In this document: positions 43,401 to 45,709 of the stretch, piece by piece
Numbering within the stretch: position 1 is the stretch's first letter
Layout: each line of letters starts with the position of its first letter
From: Candidatus Wallbacteria bacterium
GTDB taxonomy: Bacteria > Muiribacteriota > UBA6191 > JACPRK01
Direction of reading: 5' to 3'
DNA: 45,709 bases
NCBI GenBank assembly: GCA_016213845.1
Contig: JACQZN010000062.1
Coordinates: 1-45,709 of the forward strand
Translations under genes and position numbers: made by a program
Notes under the pieces: generated by a model
What the model was told of the DNA's origin: nothing
Database searches by the model: none
What the model saw: the letters and a program-made list of their open reading frames with translations, nothing else

Positions 43401-43470
43401 GAAAAAAGGAAAACCGGGGACACACGACCTATTTTTTAAAAATAGGTCGTGTGTCCCCAGTTTTTTTTCC
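43401..43470. terminator. Bidirectional intrinsic terminator: 21-bp perfect palindrome GGGGACACACGACCTATTTTT-T-AAAAATAGGTCGTGTGTCCCC (43416..43458) flanked by an A-tract upstream and a T8 tract downstream
   Basis: Seen directly between the convergent MVP (stop 43394..43396) and HExxH gene (stop 43477..43479). It gives a U-tract on both transcripts. It is the only strongly AT-rich stretch in the window. Confidence 0.7.
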
Positions 43471-43476
43471 CTTCGA

Positions 43477-44178
43477 CTAGCGGCGCGCGGCCGAGTGGCC
43501 GACGATGGCGGCGCCGTACTTCGTGCAGGCGTCGAGCAGGCCGGAGGGGATCATGCGTTCGGCGGGGAGCTGCGAGTCCTTGTGAAAGTCGAAGCTCTTC
43601 ACGCAATCGTTGGGCGTGGCGTGGGCGGGGCAGGCGACGGGCGGGACCTGGCCGGGACCTGCCATGTAGCGGTGTTCGCGGCGACGGGCGCGCGCCTCGT
43701 TGGCGTCGTTGTCGTGGACGATCTCGGTCAGCGGGTCCTTCATGCGGCGCTTGCGCACCTTCAGGTCGGTGATCGGATCGGTCTTGCGCCGGATCTCGCG
43801 CAGCTGCTCGACCAGCGTGTAGTCGTACAGGTGGCTGAACTCGTGCATCAGCTTCTGCCGGAAGTCCTGCATGTTCTTCAGCAGGCTGACGTGGCAGAAG
43901 ATCTCCCCGAAGAAGTAGTAGATCGGGGTGTCCGGCTCCTCGCGCCAGATGTGGATTTTCACCGAGGGCGCCCCGTGCAGGAGATCGATCGGGCCGAGCT
44001 CGGTGTTCTCGTTCTTGGTCGAGTACTGCTCGGCGACGTCTTTCACCATCAGCCCGACCTGGTCGCGCGTGTGCGCGGACACCTTGGTGCCTGCCCAGTA
44101 GAGGACGGCAACTTCGGCTTCCGCGGCGCTCCAGGGGAGGGCCATGGCCACCAGCATCGTGCACGCGGCGAATCTCAT
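43477..44178 (-). CDS. Small secreted HExxH zinc-metalloprotease-like protein
   Basis: Signal peptide MRFAACTMLVAMALPWSAAEA. Single zinc motif LMHEFSHLYDY. Cys-containing C-terminus (CPAHATPNDC...DAC). ATG overlaps the upstream stop (ATGA). Confidence 0.55.
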   Translation of the reverse strand: MRFAACTMLVAMALPWSAAEAEVAVLYWAGTKVSAHTRDQVGLMVKDVAEQYSTKNENTELGPIDLLHGAPSVKIHIWREEPDTPIYYFFGEIFCHVSLLKNMQDFRQKLMHEFSHLYDYTLVEQLREIRRKTDPITDLKVRKRRMKDPLTEIVHDNDANEARARRREHRYMAGPGQVPPVACPAHATPNDCVKSFDFHKDSQLPAERMIPSGLLDACTKYGAAIVGHSAARR

Positions 44179-44735
44179 TCGTGAACCTCGGGGACCTTCA
44201 GTCCCTGGTCGTGGGCATAACGGGTCATCCGTTCGTGGGCCCTCTTCTCGGCTGCGTCCTTGATCCGCCCCATTGCGCGCATCGGCTCGTCGAGGCGCTT
44301 CTCGGCCACTCGCCCGTCGCCGGATTCCGGTGAGAGCAGGTAGTCCATCATCATTTCGGAGAGCGCCAGGAAGTCGTATACATGGCTGAGCTCATGCACC
44401 AGCGTCAGGCGCGCCGCGTCCAGGTCGTCGAGCCGGTCCTGGTTCAGAAAGACGGCGCCCGACAGGTGCAGCCCGCGCTCGCGATTGGTTCCGAAGTCCC
44501 GGATCTGCACCAGCACCGTCCGGGCGTGGGCGCGGATGTCGAGCTTGCCCAGGTCCGCGTAGCTCTCATCCAGGAACAGGAGTGCCGCCTCGTCGATACG
44601 CTTCTCGATGGCCGCCTTCTGGGCAGGCGTGAACCTGCGGGTGGCGCGGCTCCAGTCGACGTCGATGCCGGCCTGCGCCTGCGCCGTGCAGCAGAGCGCG
44701 AGCAGGGCTATCCATGCGAAGCGATGTGGCGACAT
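44175..44735 (-). CDS. Small secreted HExxH zinc-metalloprotease-like protein (paralogue of the previous gene)
   Basis: Signal peptide MSPHRFAWIALLALCCTAQAQA. Zinc motif LVHELSHVYDF in the same position and with the same flanks (H-E-x-S-H-x-Y-D-[FY]) as its neighbour. Confidence 0.55.
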   Translation of the reverse strand: MSPHRFAWIALLALCCTAQAQAGIDVDWSRATRRFTPAQKAAIEKRIDEAALLFLDESYADLGKLDIRAHARTVLVQIRDFGTNRERGLHLSGAVFLNQDRLDDLDAARLTLVHELSHVYDFLALSEMMMDYLLSPESGDGRVAEKRLDEPMRAMGRIKDAAEKRAHERMTRYAHDQGLKVPEVHE

Positions 44736-44875
44736 CCGTGGCCCCTTTCCGTGCTTTCCCCCGTCCAGAAGCGGTCCGTCGCGTCATGAGTTAAAGCGTG
44801 CCCTGCATCACGGCAACTCGCGCGGCCCGGGCAGCTTGCCAATTCCCCGCCGGGCGCTTAAATTCCCGGGGTGCC

Positions 44876-45709
44876 ATGACACCTCGTCTCGCGGCCTGGC
44901 TGCTGCTACTGGCTTGGGTCGTTTCGGCCGGCACCGCGCCCGCGGGGACTCCCGAGACCTTCACCGACAAGTACCCGGACGGCACGGTGCGCCGGACCGT
45001 CACGGGCGGCCGGTCGCTCAACGGCGAGCCGGTCTACGATGGCCCCTGCGTCGAGTGGCACCCCGGCGGCGCAAAGGCCCGCGAGGGCGCCCACAAGGCC
45101 GGCAAGATGGAGGGCCTCTGGCGAGCCTCAGACGAGCTGGGCCGACTGCTCGAGGAGGGAAACTGGAAGGCCGGCCTGCGCGACGGCCCGTGGCGCACCT
45201 GGCATCCGGACGGCTCGCTCCGTGAAACCGGCGCCTTCGACGCGGGCCGCCGCCACGGACCCTGGAAGACCTACCGGGCCGGCGGCAAGCCGATCGATGA
45301 AGGCGACTGGAAGGAGGGTTCGAGGACAGGACCTTGGATCTTCTGGGACTCCTGCGGACTGGCGATCGCGGAGCGCGGTGAGTACCACGAGGGCCGGAGG
45401 CAGGGGAAATGGCTTGCCTGGTCGGAGGATCGTCTGCAGCTCACGGAGGCCGAGTACTCCGGTGGCGAGCTCGACGGAGCCTGGACGACCTGGCTGCTGC
45501 GGGGCGATTCGCGGGTCCGGAAGCTGGAGGAAGGCCGATACCTGGCCGGGCGCCGCGAAGGCACCTGGTCGGGCTGGTATCCGAACGGCTTGAAGCGGGA
45601 GCGTGGCCTCTACTCCGCCGGGGAGCGCAACGGGCATTGGAGCTCGTGGAAACCTGACGGGTTGCCTGCCTGGGAGGGCGCATACGAGGGCGGGGTCCGC
45701 CACGGCACC
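44876..45709 (+). CDS. Secreted MORN_2 (YwqK-type) repeat protein, partial; continues beyond the window end
   Basis: ATG 44876 gives the signal peptide MTPRLAAWLLLLAWVVSAGTAPAG. Then at least 6 tandem units of the G-x-W-x-x-W-x-P-(D/N)-G-x-(L/K)-x-x-x-G-x-(Y/F)-x-x-G-x-(R/K)-x-G motif (DGPWRTWHPDGSLRETGAFDAGRRHGPWKTY..., EGTWSGWYPNGLKRERGLYSAGERNGHWSSWKPDG...). It is not in the ORF track because it has no stop in the window. Confidence 0.65.
   Translation, partial: MTPRLAAWLLLLAWVVSAGTAPAGTPETFTDKYPDGTVRRTVTGGRSLNGEPVYDGPCVEWHPGGAKAREGAHKAGKMEGLWRASDELGRLLEEGNWKAGLRDGPWRTWHPDGSLRETGAFDAGRRHGPWKTYRAGGKPIDEGDWKEGSRTGPWIFWDSCGLAIAERGEYHEGRRQGKWLAWSEDRLQLTEAEYSGGELDGAWTTWLLRGDSRVRKLEEGRYLAGRREGTWSGWYPNGLKRERGLYSAGERNGHWSSWKPDGLPAWEGAYEGGVRHGT

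Noticed and set aside
41411-43423. 670-aa minus-strand ORF covering most of the MVP gene
   Set aside because: The MVP reading frame aligns residue by residue with eukaryotic MVP. The antisense frame is Gly/Ala/Asp/Leu low complexity.

Overview
This is a 45.7-kb window from a strongly GC-rich Gram-negative genome (lipobox lipoprotein, TolC-type channel and C-terminal-aromatic OM beta-barrels are present; GC was not computed). It is densely coding with about 31 protein genes, no rRNA/tRNA/CRISPR and no transposase or integrase. Because of the GC bias, almost every gene is shadowed by long spurious ORFs in other frames. I called genes by domain signatures read from the translations and placed start codons by counting residues from the ORF-track coordinates. 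Gene order, 5' to 3':
- (-) TPR / He_PIG Ig-like / YVTN beta-propeller lipoprotein, running off the left edge
- (-) soluble histidine kinase
- (-) zf-HC2 anti-sigma gene upstream of an ECF-type sigma factor with an N-terminal extension
- (+) an 11-gene same-strand run: two paralogous OM beta-barrels, a signal-peptide TPR-CHAT caspase-like protease, a CHASE2-CHAT membrane protein, an FecR-domain secreted protein, then a complete TolC / HlyD / MacB-ATPase / two-permease tripartite efflux system
- a divergent GT2 / GT-C (ArnT/PMT-like) glycosyltransferase pair
- (-) GS-like gamma-glutamyl ligase, Fe-alcohol dehydrogenase, aldehyde dehydrogenase operon, divergent from an APC permease, with a palindromic repeat element in the shared intergenic region
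- (+) Cys-rich PAS histidine kinase
- (-) small membrane protein gene coupled to a duplicated Tim44-like / zinc-ribbon protein
- (+) zwf
- (-) secreted peptidase-C45 (AAT-like Ntn-hydrolase) gene coupled to a 903-aa membrane-anchored protein of unknown function
- (+) two prepilin-type pseudopilin genes followed by a full-length Major Vault Protein homologue, ending at a long AT-rich perfect-palindrome bidirectional terminator
- (-) two tandem secreted HExxH mini-metalloprotease paralogues
- (+) a secreted MORN_2-repeat protein running off the right edge
The most unusual content is the bacterial MVP with its pseudopilin neighbours, and the OMP / OMP / periplasmic TPR-CHAT / CHASE2-CHAT / FecR module sitting directly upstream of the efflux pump.
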